Of a stretch of 64,000 nt of DNA, positions 1-10,961 are shown piece by piece (positions within the stretch are counted from its first letter, which is position 1; the number at the start of each line of letters is the position of its first letter). The notes under the pieces are model-generated. The model was given only the letters and a program-made list of their open reading frames with translations, did no database searches and was not told the origin of the DNA. The stretch covers positions 128,001 to 192,000 of the forward strand of contig CAVYTU010000008.1 of the NCBI GenBank assembly GCA_963771465.1. Reading direction: 5' to 3'. Source of the stretch: an uncultured delta proteobacterium (GTDB lineage Bacteria > Desulfobacterota > Binatia > UBA9968). The translations under genes and the position numbers were made by a program.

Positions 1-175
1 GACCTCCTGCATAAAGCAAAGCTTCCTCCGGTCTTACAACAACGACGCGTCAAAAACCAAGTCGAATGTATTTACGCGTCTTATGTCTCGCAGCCTGGCT
101 TGCAAGGAAACGCTTTGACAAACTCACCGCACCTGTAGCAACATCGCCGTCAGTTGAGCCGAATAGGAGAACGCC

Positions 176-1186
176 ATGAGCAAAAATATCGTTTCGACTC
201 CGACCCACGAGCGCTGTGTCACTTCTTATGCCGCACGAACCCAATACAAACCCGGCGTCGTCCATCCGCCGCACATCAAAGTCAAAGACGCCATCGACAT
301 CCATTGCCATACTCATGAAGGCCAGCAAGATCCCTACGATCTAGCGCGCCGCGCTTCCCTGGCGGAAATGAAAGGGCTGCTGTTCAAGAGCATCCCCGGT
401 GACGATCCGGTGAAAGCGACTCAAGATGTTCAAGACGACGTCAATCGCTGGGCGGAGAAAGAACGGGTGTCGCCGATCACTTGCTGGTCGGCGTACGTCT
501 GTGGCCGACAAATGGCGCCGATAAACGCAAAAGTCGTCGGCGATATGATCGACCGCGGCGTCAGCGCCATCTGGCTACCGGTGTTCACTCATGTGATCAC
601 CATGAGCACCGTTGGTACCTACGGGCGTTTTGTCCAGCATCGCAACACGCCGGGCTGGGTCGGGCCGATTCCCTGGGACGAGGCGATGAACGTCGGCCAC
701 TACGATCTTGACGAAAACGGCAAGCTGAAACCGGAGATACGCGACATCGTCCACCTCTGCGCCGACAGAAACGTCGCGCTGTTTTTCGGCCACGCGACCC
801 ATGCGGAGATCTACAAGCTAGCGGAGGAAGTTCAAAAGATCGGCTTGAAGCGCGCCGTCATCGATCATCCTTTCAGTCCGTTCTTAAACGTCTCGCCGGA
901 TATGATGAAAGAGCTCAGCCCGGCGGGCATCTTTTTCAACTTCACCTGGGACGAGCTCTCGCCGCTCTTAGGCGTCGACCCGCAGATCATGTACAACACC
1001 ATCCGCGCCGTCGGCCCGGAACATTTCACACTATCGAGCGACGCCGGCGAACCGCTCTTCCCCGACTCGGTGGAAGCGATGCGCCTGGTGCGCGGCTACA
1101 TGGAAGCGTTCGGCTTGAATCAGGATGAGCTCTACACGGTGTGCACGAGGAATCCGGCGAAAGTGGTGGGGTTGGAATTACACTGA
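176..1186 (+). CDS. DUF6282-like amidohydrolase-fold protein
   Basis: 336 aa; DIHCH, FKS, FGH, DHP and SSD motifs of the amidohydrolase metal-binding pattern; RBS AGGAG upstream. Confidence 0.75.
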   Translation: MSKNIVSTPTHERCVTSYAARTQYKPGVVHPPHIKVKDAIDIHCHTHEGQQDPYDLARRASLAEMKGLLFKSIPGDDPVKATQDVQDDVNRWAEKERVSPITCWSAYVCGRQMAPINAKVVGDMIDRGVSAIWLPVFTHVITMSTVGTYGRFVQHRNTPGWVGPIPWDEAMNVGHYDLDENGKLKPEIRDIVHLCADRNVALFFGHATHAEIYKLAEEVQKIGLKRAVIDHPFSPFLNVSPDMMKELSPAGIFFNFTWDELSPLLGVDPQIMYNTIRAVGPEHFTLSSDAGEPLFPDSVEAMRLVRGYMEAFGLNQDELYTVCTRNPAKVVGLELH

Positions 1187-1199
1187 TCGAAAAGCCAAG

Positions 1200-1295
1200 G
1201 TCGAGAATAGAGGATCGAAGATGGACGATGGCGAGAGAAGATCGCCGCAGTCAAAATCTTTCGCCATTCTCCATCCTCCATTTTCTATTCTCGAC
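1200..1295. repeat. Imperfect hairpin of ~7-nt tandem units between convergent genes
   Basis: GTCGAGAATAGAGGATCGAAGATGGACGATGGCGA is imperfectly complementary to TCGCCATTCTCCATCCTCCATTTTCTATTCTCGAC. Confidence 0.7.
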
Positions 1296-1300
1296 GAAAT

Positions 1301-2314
1301 TTATTTCAATCCCAATCGATCAAACGTCCCGTCCTTCTCCATCTCTTCGAGAAAGCGCCGGTCGATCAACTGCTCCGCTTTAACTTGCTTGGCACGGGGG
1401 TCGGTTTTGGCGATCTCGTCGAGGGTCGCTTGGATCGCGATCGGCTTAATGTCCAATCTCGGCTCCAGCACTTTCATTTCGGCGGTGTATGCAGCATCGA
1501 AAACTTTGCGGTCGGTGAGGCCGATCTTCCTACTGATCACTTTGAAGGCAAGTTCCCGGTCGCTGATCATGATCTTCAGCGACTCCGCCATTGCATGCAT
1601 GAAGTTACTAACGACCTTAGGCCTTTTAACTATCACTGAGCGCAAGGTGACGAAACCCGTCGCGACGTAAGGTGGCCTAATCTCGCGGCCATCGATGACG
1701 TAGTTGAATCCCATAAACGCCGCCCGCGTATCTTGCGGCGTCGTCAGTGAAGCGGCGTCGACGGCGCCCGTGCTCAAAGCCAGAAATGTTTCCGGCGCGC
1801 CGCCGGTTTGGATCAAGTTCGCATCCTTGAGCGGATCAAGTCCCTTTAGGCGCATGCCGTATTGCGTGAAATAGTGCGAGTTGCCGCCGATGCGGCCGAC
1901 GCCGATGCGCTTTCCTTTTAAATCTTCGGGCCGCTTGATCTCCGGTTTGCCCATCAAGCTATGCGTGAGCACGTTCTTCACCGAGCCGATGAAAACAAAA
2001 TCGGTATTGCCCGCAAGAAATGCCCGGATCGGCCCCTCGCCGCCAACGATGGCGACATTGCCGTTGCCGCCGCTCATCGCCGCGGTCACGATTCCCGAAG
2101 ACGCAATGTAAACCAGCTGAAAGTCGAGATCGTACTTCGAATAGAGCCGAGCTTCCTCGGCAAACCAGGGCAGCGCCATCGCCACGCTCGGCGCGGACTG
2201 AAGCCCGACAAGCCGCTCGGCGGCGAGTGCTCGCGAACCGACGCAGAGCAGCCCGTGGCCAAGCGCAAGCGACAGCACTAGGGCTTTGGCAACTCGGTAT
2301 TTAGGAGTAAGCAT
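1301..2314 (-). CDS. ABC substrate-binding protein, NitT/TauT (SsuA/THI5) family
   Basis: Signal peptide; EDLKGKRIGV motif; GAVDAA; C-terminal LIDRRFLEEM. Confidence 0.85.
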   Translation of the reverse strand: MLTPKYRVAKALVLSLALGHGLLCVGSRALAAERLVGLQSAPSVAMALPWFAEEARLYSKYDLDFQLVYIASSGIVTAAMSGGNGNVAIVGGEGPIRAFLAGNTDFVFIGSVKNVLTHSLMGKPEIKRPEDLKGKRIGVGRIGGNSHYFTQYGMRLKGLDPLKDANLIQTGGAPETFLALSTGAVDAASLTTPQDTRAAFMGFNYVIDGREIRPPYVATGFVTLRSVIVKRPKVVSNFMHAMAESLKIMISDRELAFKVISRKIGLTDRKVFDAAYTAEMKVLEPRLDIKPIAIQATLDEIAKTDPRAKQVKAEQLIDRRFLEEMEKDGTFDRLGLK

Positions 2315-2384
2315 GTCACTCTCCTTGCGAACCGGGATCTGCGGGTAATTACTATAGGGGCGTCACCATGCACCAGCATCAGCA

Positions 2385-3539
2385 TCAGCCTAATTTGCCA
2401 TCGAGCCTCGGTTGCAAGAGAACCGGCACATAGACAACGATGAAGATCGCATACGCAACGAGCCAAAGCACTCCGCTCAAAATCACCACCTGGGGAAACC
2501 ATTGCGGCTGTAAAATCGGCAGCAACCCACGAGTCACAGCGGCAAGGTTAACCGCAGCAAAAGCAATCACCATCCCGGCTCCGACCTTGAGGGGCCTGCC
2601 CGTATGCCCTAAAGAAACCCGCGCCATCATGCCCATGGTCAACACGCCAATGGCGCCCAGCGAAAACGCGTGAACAGTAAACTGCGGCGGTATAACTCCC
2701 AAAGCCGACCCGGCCTTCAACATGAATCCCGCGACGATCCAGCCGTAACCGAGATGAAGCACCCAAAGTAACGGGACACGCCAATAGCGATAAGTATACC
2801 AACCGCCAAGTCGAATCCCGTTGGCGATCGCTGCGACTCCGGCAAACACGCCGGCGACGCGCGGATCGATGAAAAAGAATTCGGCAAGCGTAAAAGCTAT
2901 CACACTGATTATCGCGAGCCGCTCGATTGCGTTCCAGCGTTTGATCCGGACCGCTTGAAGCGCGCGTTCAGTGAAGAACGGAATCACGCGCCCACCCATG
3001 ATCACGATCAACAGAACGACTAAATTGAGGCCGAGGATGACGGCTTTATGCGCCAGATTCGGCACGAAGCCGAGGAGCGCCAAATGCACGAGAATATTTG
3101 CCAACCAGAAAACCGCAATGAGCGGGAGAAAAAGCAAGTTTCGCCGATCACCGCGCCGCACCAGTGGCACGCCGATTCCGACCGCAAGAGCCGGCAAAAA
3201 ACTAAGATCGACTAGAGCAATCAATTCAGCGGACAAGGCTGAAGGAAAAAATGGCAGGATCCGGCCGAGACACCAGATAAGCGTCAGAGCAGCTAAGCTC
3301 GACCCTTGCGGCGTAGCCATCTCGGTCCAATTGCGGACGGAGGTAAGCAAGAAGCCGGCAATCACTGCGGCGGTATAGCCAAAGATCATTTCGTGGCTAT
3401 GCCAACCAATTTGGCCATAATAAGAATTTAGGGGGAGCCAGCCAACAAACGTTGGCACCCATAGGGCGATCGAAAGTATCGCGAACAGCCCGCTGAGCAG
3501 AAAAAATGGTCGAAAGCCAAGGGCAAATAGAACTAGCAT
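2385..3539 (-). CDS. nnrS: NnrS family membrane protein
   Basis: LGFRPFFL, WHSHEMIFGY, GFLLTSVRNWT, GRVIPFFT and RVSLGHTGR signatures. Confidence 0.92.
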   Translation of the reverse strand: MLVLFALGFRPFFLLSGLFAILSIALWVPTFVGWLPLNSYYGQIGWHSHEMIFGYTAAVIAGFLLTSVRNWTEMATPQGSSLAALTLIWCLGRILPFFPSALSAELIALVDLSFLPALAVGIGVPLVRRGDRRNLLFLPLIAVFWLANILVHLALLGFVPNLAHKAVILGLNLVVLLIVIMGGRVIPFFTERALQAVRIKRWNAIERLAIISVIAFTLAEFFFIDPRVAGVFAGVAAIANGIRLGGWYTYRYWRVPLLWVLHLGYGWIVAGFMLKAGSALGVIPPQFTVHAFSLGAIGVLTMGMMARVSLGHTGRPLKVGAGMVIAFAAVNLAAVTRGLLPILQPQWFPQVVILSGVLWLVAYAIFIVVYVPVLLQPRLDGKLG

Positions 3540-3631
3540 GGAACGAACGCAATCCAGACGCGGTTACAATTACACTTTCGCGACCGCCCAACGCGCGCTG
3601 CAATCAACCACAATGACCCCAGGTGAAAAAA

Positions 3632-4619
3632 CTATTTTTTGTAAAGCTGCTTGATAAATCCCGACGCTTCCATTTCCTGCACGAAACTCGCATCGACGAA
3701 ACTCTTTGGATCAGCGGCGGCGGCTTTGGGATTTTTCGGCGCCATATCGTCGAGCAAGGTTTTGATGCCCGCCGGATCGGCGTAGGGCACGTCGAGCAAA
3801 ACCGACGTGTAATTCCTGTACGTCCGCTCCAAGCCTTCGGGGTCGGTGAGACGGGTGAATTTGCCGATGATCGCTTTGGTTCCTTCTTTGTCGGCTTTCA
3901 CCAGGTGCAGCGCTTCGGTCATCGCGCGCGCAAACCGGCTGACCATCGGCCGTTTGGTTTTGATGATCGCTTCTCTGGTGACGACGCCGTTGCCGTGCAG
4001 CGGAATTTTCAACGTCGCCATGTTGACCAGATCGCGGAAACCGAGCCGCTCGGCCTCTTTGATAAACGGCTCGTTCATGATCGTGAAATGAGTGACGCCC
4101 TTTGAAATCGACGCGAGACGCTCGGGATTGCCGCCGGCGGGAATGATCTTTACATCCTTATCGGGATCTATGCCCTAAGCGCTTGAGCGACAACCTGAGT
4201 CCCATGTCGGAAATACTGCCGGCGCGATTGACCGAACCGGACTTGCCTTTCAACTGCTCGACGCTCGTGATGTTGGCCGCCGCGATAATGTGATCGATGA
4301 AGGTCGGGATGATCGACAGGATCATCACGAAGTCGGCGCCGCCAAGGCGCGGGTTGACGACGTTGGGAGCCGAAGTGATGACGATGTCGAGATCGCCGGC
4401 GACCAGAGCTTGCATCGCCGGCGGCCCGGCGCCAAAAAAGATCGACTCGATGACTAAACCCTGCTTGGTGAACAAACCTTTCTCCTGCGCCACCCACAGC
4501 GGCGTATGCGACGCCGTCATCGCCGCCCAACCGACACGGACACGCTCCTGAGCGGAAATCGGCTGGATGCCTGCGAAGAAAAAACATATCGCCAGGACAC
4601 CTTGAAGCATGATCGACAT
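3632..4619 (-). pseudogene. NitT/TauT substrate-binding protein with one +1 frameshift (possibly a sequencing error)
   Basis: ATG 4619 with RBS AGAGG; removing one G of the GGG at 4173-4175 gives LKRLGIDPDKDVKIIPAGG, in frame with ORF 3632..4078. Confidence 0.8.
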
Positions 4620-4668
4620 GATGCACCTCTTAGGATTGAACAATTTCACGAAGCAACGCCGCGCCGGC

Positions 4669-5205
4669 TCACTTCGTGATCGCGTAGCACACCGAATCGC
4701 GCGGCTCGGGGCTGATGTTGGGATGCACCGACCAGCGTTTGAGGATGCCTTCGCGCTGCATGCCGATTTTCTCCATGACTCGCGCCGACGCCAAGTTATC
4801 GACGTCGCAAACCGCCCAAACACGATGAATCTCTTTTTGCTTGAGCGCCCAGGCAATCACCGCTTTGAGCGCTTCGGTCATGAAACCTTGGCGCCAGTAG
4901 GAATGCGCTAGCACATAGCCGAGTTCCCATTTCTCGGCGTTGACCCGGGCGATGATCATGCCCATCACTTGCTTGTCCTCGGCGCCTTCGATCACCCAAT
5001 GAAACGCCTTGCCGACGTCCCACGCGAGCAGACACATCTGCACATATTCGCGCGTCTCTTTGAGGTCCCGATGGGCGCGCCAACTGACGTATTTGGTCAC
5101 TTCGGGATCTTGCGCGTATTGGCGAAAGATCGCGTCGGCATCGGTTAGTTTTGCTTTTCTCAGTCGTAGACGTTCTGTCTTAAACGTTTGCGGTGGGTTT
5201 ATCAC
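4669..5205 (-). CDS. GNAT N-acetyltransferase, RimJ/RimL type
   Basis: TERLRLR, ELGYVL..YWRQGFMTEA, NLASARVMEKIGM. Confidence 0.9.
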   Translation of the reverse strand: MINPPQTFKTERLRLRKAKLTDADAIFRQYAQDPEVTKYVSWRAHRDLKETREYVQMCLLAWDVGKAFHWVIEGAEDKQVMGMIIARVNAEKWELGYVLAHSYWRQGFMTEALKAVIAWALKQKEIHRVWAVCDVDNLASARVMEKIGMQREGILKRWSVHPNISPEPRDSVCYAITK

Positions 5206-5350
5206 TCTCGGAAGGTCCAGCCACTCATGATCGCTGAGTTATAGAGTCGCAGGGAAAAATATTCAAGAGATGGAAGGCAGTGCGCAACAGTTAAGAACGA
5301 GACAGTACCAAGTCTTAATACTGCCGTGCCTTTTAGCCGGCGGCTTTCTA

Positions 5351-6382
5351 TCACTGCGGCGCGATGATTTGTTTTAGCTTCGCTAAAAGCGCCGGCGAGG
5401 TTTTGAGTACGCCGAGGACAGTTTTCTCCAGTTCCTCGCCGGTGAGCGGCGCAATGTCGAGGTTGGCGCGCTCGGCGTCGGCGAGAAAGCCCGGATCGCT
5501 CATTGTTGCGGTAAAGGCTCTGCGCAATAGTTGCACGCGATCCTTGGGTGTGCCGGGAGACACGACGAAAGGCCGGGCAATCGACGCAAGATCGTGTGCG
5601 CCGACTTGCAACAACTGGCGCGCCTCCTCGGTCTTGGCAAAACTTACCGCCAGCGGAACTTTGGGCAAATCAGGATGTGGTTTTGCGAGTGCTTGGAGAA
5701 TGATGACGAACTCGCCGCTCTCGATCTGCTTTCTCCACAATGAGCGAAAGCTTTCCCAGCCGGTGCACAAACCGGTAAGCTCGCCGCGCTCCATCGCCAG
5801 GCGCATGTCGCCGGTGCTTTTATAACCCAGCACAAGTTGTATCGGCAGGCCGAGCGTCGCCGCAAGCAAGCGCGACGTATCGTGGCCGCCGGTGCCGGGG
5901 GCCGTGCCGCCCAACCGAGGCGGAGTTCTCGCCGCCAGCCATTTTTCCACGCTGTCGATACCGCCGGATTTTGGAAAGCCGCATACGATCTCGACCTTGG
6001 CCACCGCGCCGACATATTCGAATCTCGCCGCGTCGAAGCTGATCTCCTTTTGTCCCATCGCTTGCAATGGAAACAACGAACCGCTGAAATGACCGATGGT
6101 CATACCGTCCGGCTTGGCGACCCGATAAAGATGATTCGCCGACGCCAAGCTGCCTGCACCCGGCATGTTGTCGACGACGAACGCAGGATTGCCGGCGACA
6201 TGCTTGCCCATGTAGCGGGCCACCGCGCGGGCGTAAAAGTCGTAACCGCCGCCAGGCGCGTAACCGACCACCAGGCGAATGGTTTTACCACGGTAGAATT
6301 CGTGATTGCCGGCAAACCCATGAGTGGCCAACATCAGCCAACCTATAAACAGGTAAATCGATACGCTCAGTCGATATGCCAA
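5351..6382 (-). CDS. Tripartite tricarboxylate transporter substrate-binding protein (Bug/TctC)
   Basis: GYAPGGGYD, NMPGAG, AKPDG, LPKVP motifs. Confidence 0.88.
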   Translation of the reverse strand: MAYRLSVSIYLFIGWLMLATHGFAGNHEFYRGKTIRLVVGYAPGGGYDFYARAVARYMGKHVAGNPAFVVDNMPGAGSLASANHLYRVAKPDGMTIGHFSGSLFPLQAMGQKEISFDAARFEYVGAVAKVEIVCGFPKSGGIDSVEKWLAARTPPRLGGTAPGTGGHDTSRLLAATLGLPIQLVLGYKSTGDMRLAMERGELTGLCTGWESFRSLWRKQIESGEFVIILQALAKPHPDLPKVPLAVSFAKTEEARQLLQVGAHDLASIARPFVVSPGTPKDRVQLLRRAFTATMSDPGFLADAERANLDIAPLTGEELEKTVLGVLKTSPALLAKLKQIIAPQ

Positions 6383-6486
6383 AATATATTTCTCCAGATC
6401 GCCAAGAATAGCTGAGAACTTTTAACCCACAGAGATTTACTCAATGCATTGTGGCAAAGGCCACGGCATTTTACATGAGCGGCGCA

Positions 6487-7530
6487 TCACGGGTTCAAGC
6501 TTATGAGTCTGCGCTGCGCGTCGTCCATGTTGGCGGGCCAGGCACCGCGTTCTTTGAAAAACTGCACTGCCGCAGGATGATAGGGCATGGTCACCTCGGC
6601 ATCGACCGCGCGTTGCCGCGTCCAGTCTTTGAAGCTCGGATGCAGCGGCGCCAATTTGTCGACGTTATCCCAGATATTCTTGAGAACCATGCTGACCACT
6701 CGATCCGGCGCGCCCTTGTGGCTCGTGAGATATATGTCGTAAGCATTAACGCAAGTGTCATCGGCGATCGCCGCCGCTTGGCCGCGTTTGAGCCAATGGG
6801 GATAGTAACCCGGCACCGCAGTGCGCAGACGCTTCTCGCCCTGAGGCGAGCAATCGAGGGAGAGATGGCGCACGCCGATGGCCGCATCAGCTTCCTTGAC
6901 CTTAGCCGAGTCGACGGCGTGCAAGGCCACGTCGGCCCTTCCTTGGATCAAAGCGTCGACCCCTTCGTTGGCGCCGGGCACCGGGACAATCTTCACGTCT
7001 TCAAATTTCATCCCGGCGCCGGCAAGAAAACCGAAGACGTTATACCAATTGGCAAGCTGCGCCGGATACTCGCCGGTCACGCGTTTGCCACGAATGTCCT
7101 GAATCGTTTTGATCGGCGCGTCTTTGCGCACCAAGAACGCCGTCATCAAGATCGCGCCGCGCATCACCAAGCGAACGTTCGGCGTGTGCTGAAATGGATT
7201 TCTGCCGCCGATCTTCAGCCGTTCCGCTCCCTGATAGGACAGCGCCATATCGACCGCATTATTGATGCCGAAATCGATCTCCCCGCTATCGAGCAGCGGC
7301 AAAAACGTGCTCGTGCCGGAATAAGGTTGCACCGCCATCTGCATCGGCGCGCCGTCGCTGGCGATTTTCGCAAGGCCGCTGGCCAGCGCGTAGAAGACGG
7401 TGCCGGGAGGATTGGAGGCGACAGTGACTGAGCGCGGCAGCTGCTGCGCGTGGCTGGCAACTTCAAGGTGAAGAAAACAAGCCAGTGCGAGGGAAACATG
7501 TCTGGATGACGACGCGAGAGTATATCGCAT
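6487..7530 (-). CDS. TAXI-family TRAP solute-binding protein
   Basis: PGTVFY near the N-terminus, MPYHPAAVQFFKE near the C-terminus; ATG 7530 chosen for RBS GGAGG. Confidence 0.85.
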   Translation of the reverse strand: MRYTLASSSRHVSLALACFLHLEVASHAQQLPRSVTVASNPPGTVFYALASGLAKIASDGAPMQMAVQPYSGTSTFLPLLDSGEIDFGINNAVDMALSYQGAERLKIGGRNPFQHTPNVRLVMRGAILMTAFLVRKDAPIKTIQDIRGKRVTGEYPAQLANWYNVFGFLAGAGMKFEDVKIVPVPGANEGVDALIQGRADVALHAVDSAKVKEADAAIGVRHLSLDCSPQGEKRLRTAVPGYYPHWLKRGQAAAIADDTCVNAYDIYLTSHKGAPDRVVSMVLKNIWDNVDKLAPLHPSFKDWTRQRAVDAEVTMPYHPAAVQFFKERGAWPANMDDAQRRLISLNP

Positions 7531-7726
7531 GGCAATTCCTCCCATTGCGCGATGATTAGAATCGAACAGTCGCCGACGTCGCGACATGTACAAACAATAG
7601 CGCTAAGCTGTCAAGCCGATTCGCCGACGATTGAGTCGACTGCGAACCAATGACTACGGTTTGACCCGCAGCCAATGGATCGGTTATCTCTGGCGGACGA
7701 TCGGCGAACTGTGACGGAGGTGAGCG

Positions 7727-8731
7727 ATGATTCGTAGTCGATGGCTTCAAGCGTTGGGTGTCATAACCTCATTGAATGCGAGTATAGCCGCCGGCGCTGC
7801 CGAGCTATCTTCGCCGCGTAAAATTCGCGTCGCCATCACGTCGATCTCCGGCTCCATGGTCCCGCCCTGGGCGGCGAACGAGGCGGGCATCTTCAAGAAA
7901 TACGGCTTGCAAGTGGAAGTCATCGCCACACCGAGCGGCATCCAAGGCACCAACGCGTTGATCGCCAATGAGATCTCGTTCTTGCAAATCGCCGGCGGCA
8001 CGACCACCGGCGCAGCAGTCGGCGGCGCCGATTTGAAAATCGTCGCGACCATGACGGCAACCTTGGTTTTGAATTTGGCGGTGCGCCCTGAGATCGAAAA
8101 ACCCGAACAGCTGCGGGGAAAAAGCATCGGCATCAGCCGGTTCGGCACCTCGCTGCACAGCGGCGCGCGTTTAGCGGCGAAACATTATGGCCTCGAACCT
8201 GGGCGAGACGTTCACATCGTCGAGATCGGCGCCGGCGATTGGATCGTCGGCGCATTGCAGGGTAACCGCGTCCAAGCGGGCGTGTTCGGATATCCTGCCA
8301 CCGGCCGCGCCGTCAAGCTCGGTAACCGTGTGATGCTGCATCTGCCGGCGCTCAACATTCCTTACGCTTCGACCGGCGTGTCCACCCGCGGTGATATCAT
8401 CCGCGACGATCCCGATCTGGTGCGGCGCTATTTATCGGCGCAAATCGAAGCCATCGCGCTGATGAAAAAAGACCGGCCGTTTACGCTCAAAGTTTTGTCG
8501 AAGTATCTGCGGACCAACGATATGGACTTGCTCAACGAGTCCTACGATATTCAAATCGCCAAGTACATGCAGAAGACTCCGCTGCCGACCGCAGAAGCCG
8601 TGCGCTCGGTTTTGGAAGAGCTGACCGACCGAAATCCCAAAGCTAAAGATCTCGACCCCAACAAATTTTTCGATGACCGCTTCGTGCGCCAGCTGCAGGC
8701 GGGAGATTTTATCGACGCGCTTTACCGGTAG
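7727..8731 (+). CDS. ABC substrate-binding protein, NitT/TauT family
   Basis: GIFKKYGL, EQLRGKSIGISRFG, FFDDRFVRQL; RBS GGAGG. Confidence 0.85.
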   Translation: MIRSRWLQALGVITSLNASIAAGAAELSSPRKIRVAITSISGSMVPPWAANEAGIFKKYGLQVEVIATPSGIQGTNALIANEISFLQIAGGTTTGAAVGGADLKIVATMTATLVLNLAVRPEIEKPEQLRGKSIGISRFGTSLHSGARLAAKHYGLEPGRDVHIVEIGAGDWIVGALQGNRVQAGVFGYPATGRAVKLGNRVMLHLPALNIPYASTGVSTRGDIIRDDPDLVRRYLSAQIEAIALMKKDRPFTLKVLSKYLRTNDMDLLNESYDIQIAKYMQKTPLPTAEAVRSVLEELTDRNPKAKDLDPNKFFDDRFVRQLQAGDFIDALYR

Positions 8732-8865
8732 AAGACGTATGGGGTAAACGGTGAGGCGTGAGGGGCTCGATCATCCCTTACCATTCACCTTTTAACCTTA
8801 CGAACGTGAATGCCGCGCTACCGCTCGGACCCAGAGCTCTATCGCTCGCTACCAGCGGGCTGAAC

Positions 8866-10590
8866 TTATTTTTCCCGCGCCGCATTCGTTCCGGCGATAA
8901 ACCCCTGTGTCGTGCACCGGCCCAGACCGTGTTGGTTAAAACCACCGGCACTTTCGCCGGCGCAGTAGAGGCCGGGAATGACCTGGCCGCTCATATCCAT
9001 CACCTGGCACTTGGCGTTGATGTGCAGCCCCGAGCGCGTGTCATGCACGTTGGGCGTTGCCCAAGCGGCGTAGAACGGCGCGGTTTGGATCTTGAATTTC
9101 GGCGCCGGCTTGCCGAAGTCGGCGTCTTTGCCCGCCTCGACGAACGCATTATAGCGTTCCACCGTCGCTTGTAGAGTCTCGCCTTTCATCGGCTTGGCTT
9201 GAAAGTCATTTTTGATCTTGGCAGCTAACTCCGCGAGCGTGTTGGCGCTATAGAAGTAACCGTCGGGATCGACGTAAGGCGGTTCGACATTCCATTTGTT
9301 GCGCTTGACCGCTTCTGCATCGAAAATTGCCCAGATTGGCCCGGCGGAATATTCCGGCGGCTCGGAGTACTCGTTCATCGCCACCGCGGCGTTGAAAAAG
9401 TTGTAGTTGCTCGGATGGTAATGAATGTTCTCGTTGTTGCGATAATCGTTGGGCGTGTAGGGATCGATATCTTTATACACGTTGCCATGCGGATAATCGC
9501 CCTTGGTCTCGTCGTAGAATCGTTTGCCGACCTGATTGACGAGAATCAGATCGTGCCAATCTTTAACGCTCAATCCAACGGACTTCACCAGTGGAAAGAT
9601 CGGGGTCTCAAGCTCCCAGGTCATGTAATTCCATTTCGTCGCCAGCACTCGCTGGGTGCGGATATTGTCGCCATTTTCCAAAGTCTGATTCACCAATCCC
9701 CAGAGCGATGCGCCGATGGCCATCGCCGCACGCTCGCCGCTGGCGTCTTGATAGCTGTAGGGCTCGCCCGCCACGGTCAGCACCGCGGTCAAGCGAGGAT
9801 CGAACATGCGGCGGAAATTGACGTCGCTGGTCATACCACCCGTGGCGACGATGACCGCTTTCTTGGCGCGCACTCGGACGGCCGGCTTGGTGTTTTCGAT
9901 GTTGCCATCTGAGCGAAAACTTTTTAATGGCGTCGACTGGCCGGGCATAATACGCGGCGTGTAATCTGCGGTAATTCCGATGACCCGCCCGGTTTGCTGC
10001 CCCTCGCGTACGAAACTCGTCATCTTATGGTTGAGTAAAAACTTGACGCCCTTGGCGCGCGCGCTGTTTTCCAATGGTCTGATCAGGCCCGTTCCCGCCC
10101 GGTTATTAGGACTTTCGTACCCTGCCCCTTTGGTCCAAAAGCAATGATTTTCGCGCGGCGCGGAGTTGCCGAGGTTGTGGCCGCCCTGATTGTCCGGCGC
10201 GACCGGTTTAAATTCGACACCGTTTTCAAGGAGAAATTCAAAATTCGGCGCGCAATGATCGGCGAACGCGCGCATCACTTCGCGGTCATTGTAACGGAAA
10301 TCGGGCCAACCGTTATTCTGCACCACCGTCCAATCGGTAAGATCGGAAAATACCGTGTCCGGTGAATCGGCAATGCCGTATTTTTTCTGCGCGCTGGTGC
10401 CGCCGCCGAGCGGCACATTACCGCCGCTGATGATCGCGTGGCCGCCGATATCGTAATTAGCTTCAACGACAATCACCGACGCGCCGCCATCGGCCGCCTT
10501 GATCGCCGCCGGCAAGCCCGCTGCCCCCGAGCCGATTACGACTACGTCGCCTTCTAAATCCCAATCTTGACTATCGTTCGCCTGAGCCAT
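8866..10590 (-). CDS. FAD-dependent oxidoreductase, flavocytochrome c/fumarate reductase/KstD-like family
   Basis: DVVVIGSGAAG, ATGG, D-x-DFGK, IPGLYCAGE. Confidence 0.8.
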   Translation of the reverse strand: MAQANDSQDWDLEGDVVVIGSGAAGLPAAIKAADGGASVIVVEANYDIGGHAIISGGNVPLGGGTSAQKKYGIADSPDTVFSDLTDWTVVQNNGWPDFRYNDREVMRAFADHCAPNFEFLLENGVEFKPVAPDNQGGHNLGNSAPRENHCFWTKGAGYESPNNRAGTGLIRPLENSARAKGVKFLLNHKMTSFVREGQQTGRVIGITADYTPRIMPGQSTPLKSFRSDGNIENTKPAVRVRAKKAVIVATGGMTSDVNFRRMFDPRLTAVLTVAGEPYSYQDASGERAAMAIGASLWGLVNQTLENGDNIRTQRVLATKWNYMTWELETPIFPLVKSVGLSVKDWHDLILVNQVGKRFYDETKGDYPHGNVYKDIDPYTPNDYRNNENIHYHPSNYNFFNAAVAMNEYSEPPEYSAGPIWAIFDAEAVKRNKWNVEPPYVDPDGYFYSANTLAELAAKIKNDFQAKPMKGETLQATVERYNAFVEAGKDADFGKPAPKFKIQTAPFYAAWATPNVHDTRSGLHINAKCQVMDMSGQVIPGLYCAGESAGGFNQHGLGRCTTQGFIAGTNAAREK

Positions 10591-10780
10591 CGTTGTTCTC
10601 CTTCGATTACGTTTTGTCGTCGCGCTTTGGATAGATTTTCGTCACCAACTCATGGCGACCATTCGCGACTCTCCGGCTTCTACCACGCAGCAAAAAACGC
10701 AGCAACAGGAAAATATTCCACTGGCGAGAAACGGTCGCGGTGAGGTCTCAAGAAATGTTTGCAATGAGGAGAAACGGAAT

Positions 10781-10857
10781 TGGTCGGGGCGGCCGGATTT
10801 GAACCGGCGACCTCACGCACCCCAAGCGTGCGCGCTACCAGGCTGCGCCACGCCCCG
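10781..10857 (-). tRNA. tRNA-Pro (GGG)
   Basis: CGGGGCGTGGCGCAGCCTGGTAGCGCG CACGC-TTGGGGT-GCGTG ...GGTTCAAATCC...CCA; 77-nt cloverleaf. Confidence 0.97.
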
Positions 10858-10961
10858 ACACAGCTCAAACTGGCGCGAATGTAACACCGTCATCCAGCCA
10901 AATCAATTTGGGAAAATCGCAACGATCGAAATCACCGGGAGAGGCATGCGACCTGTCGGGC

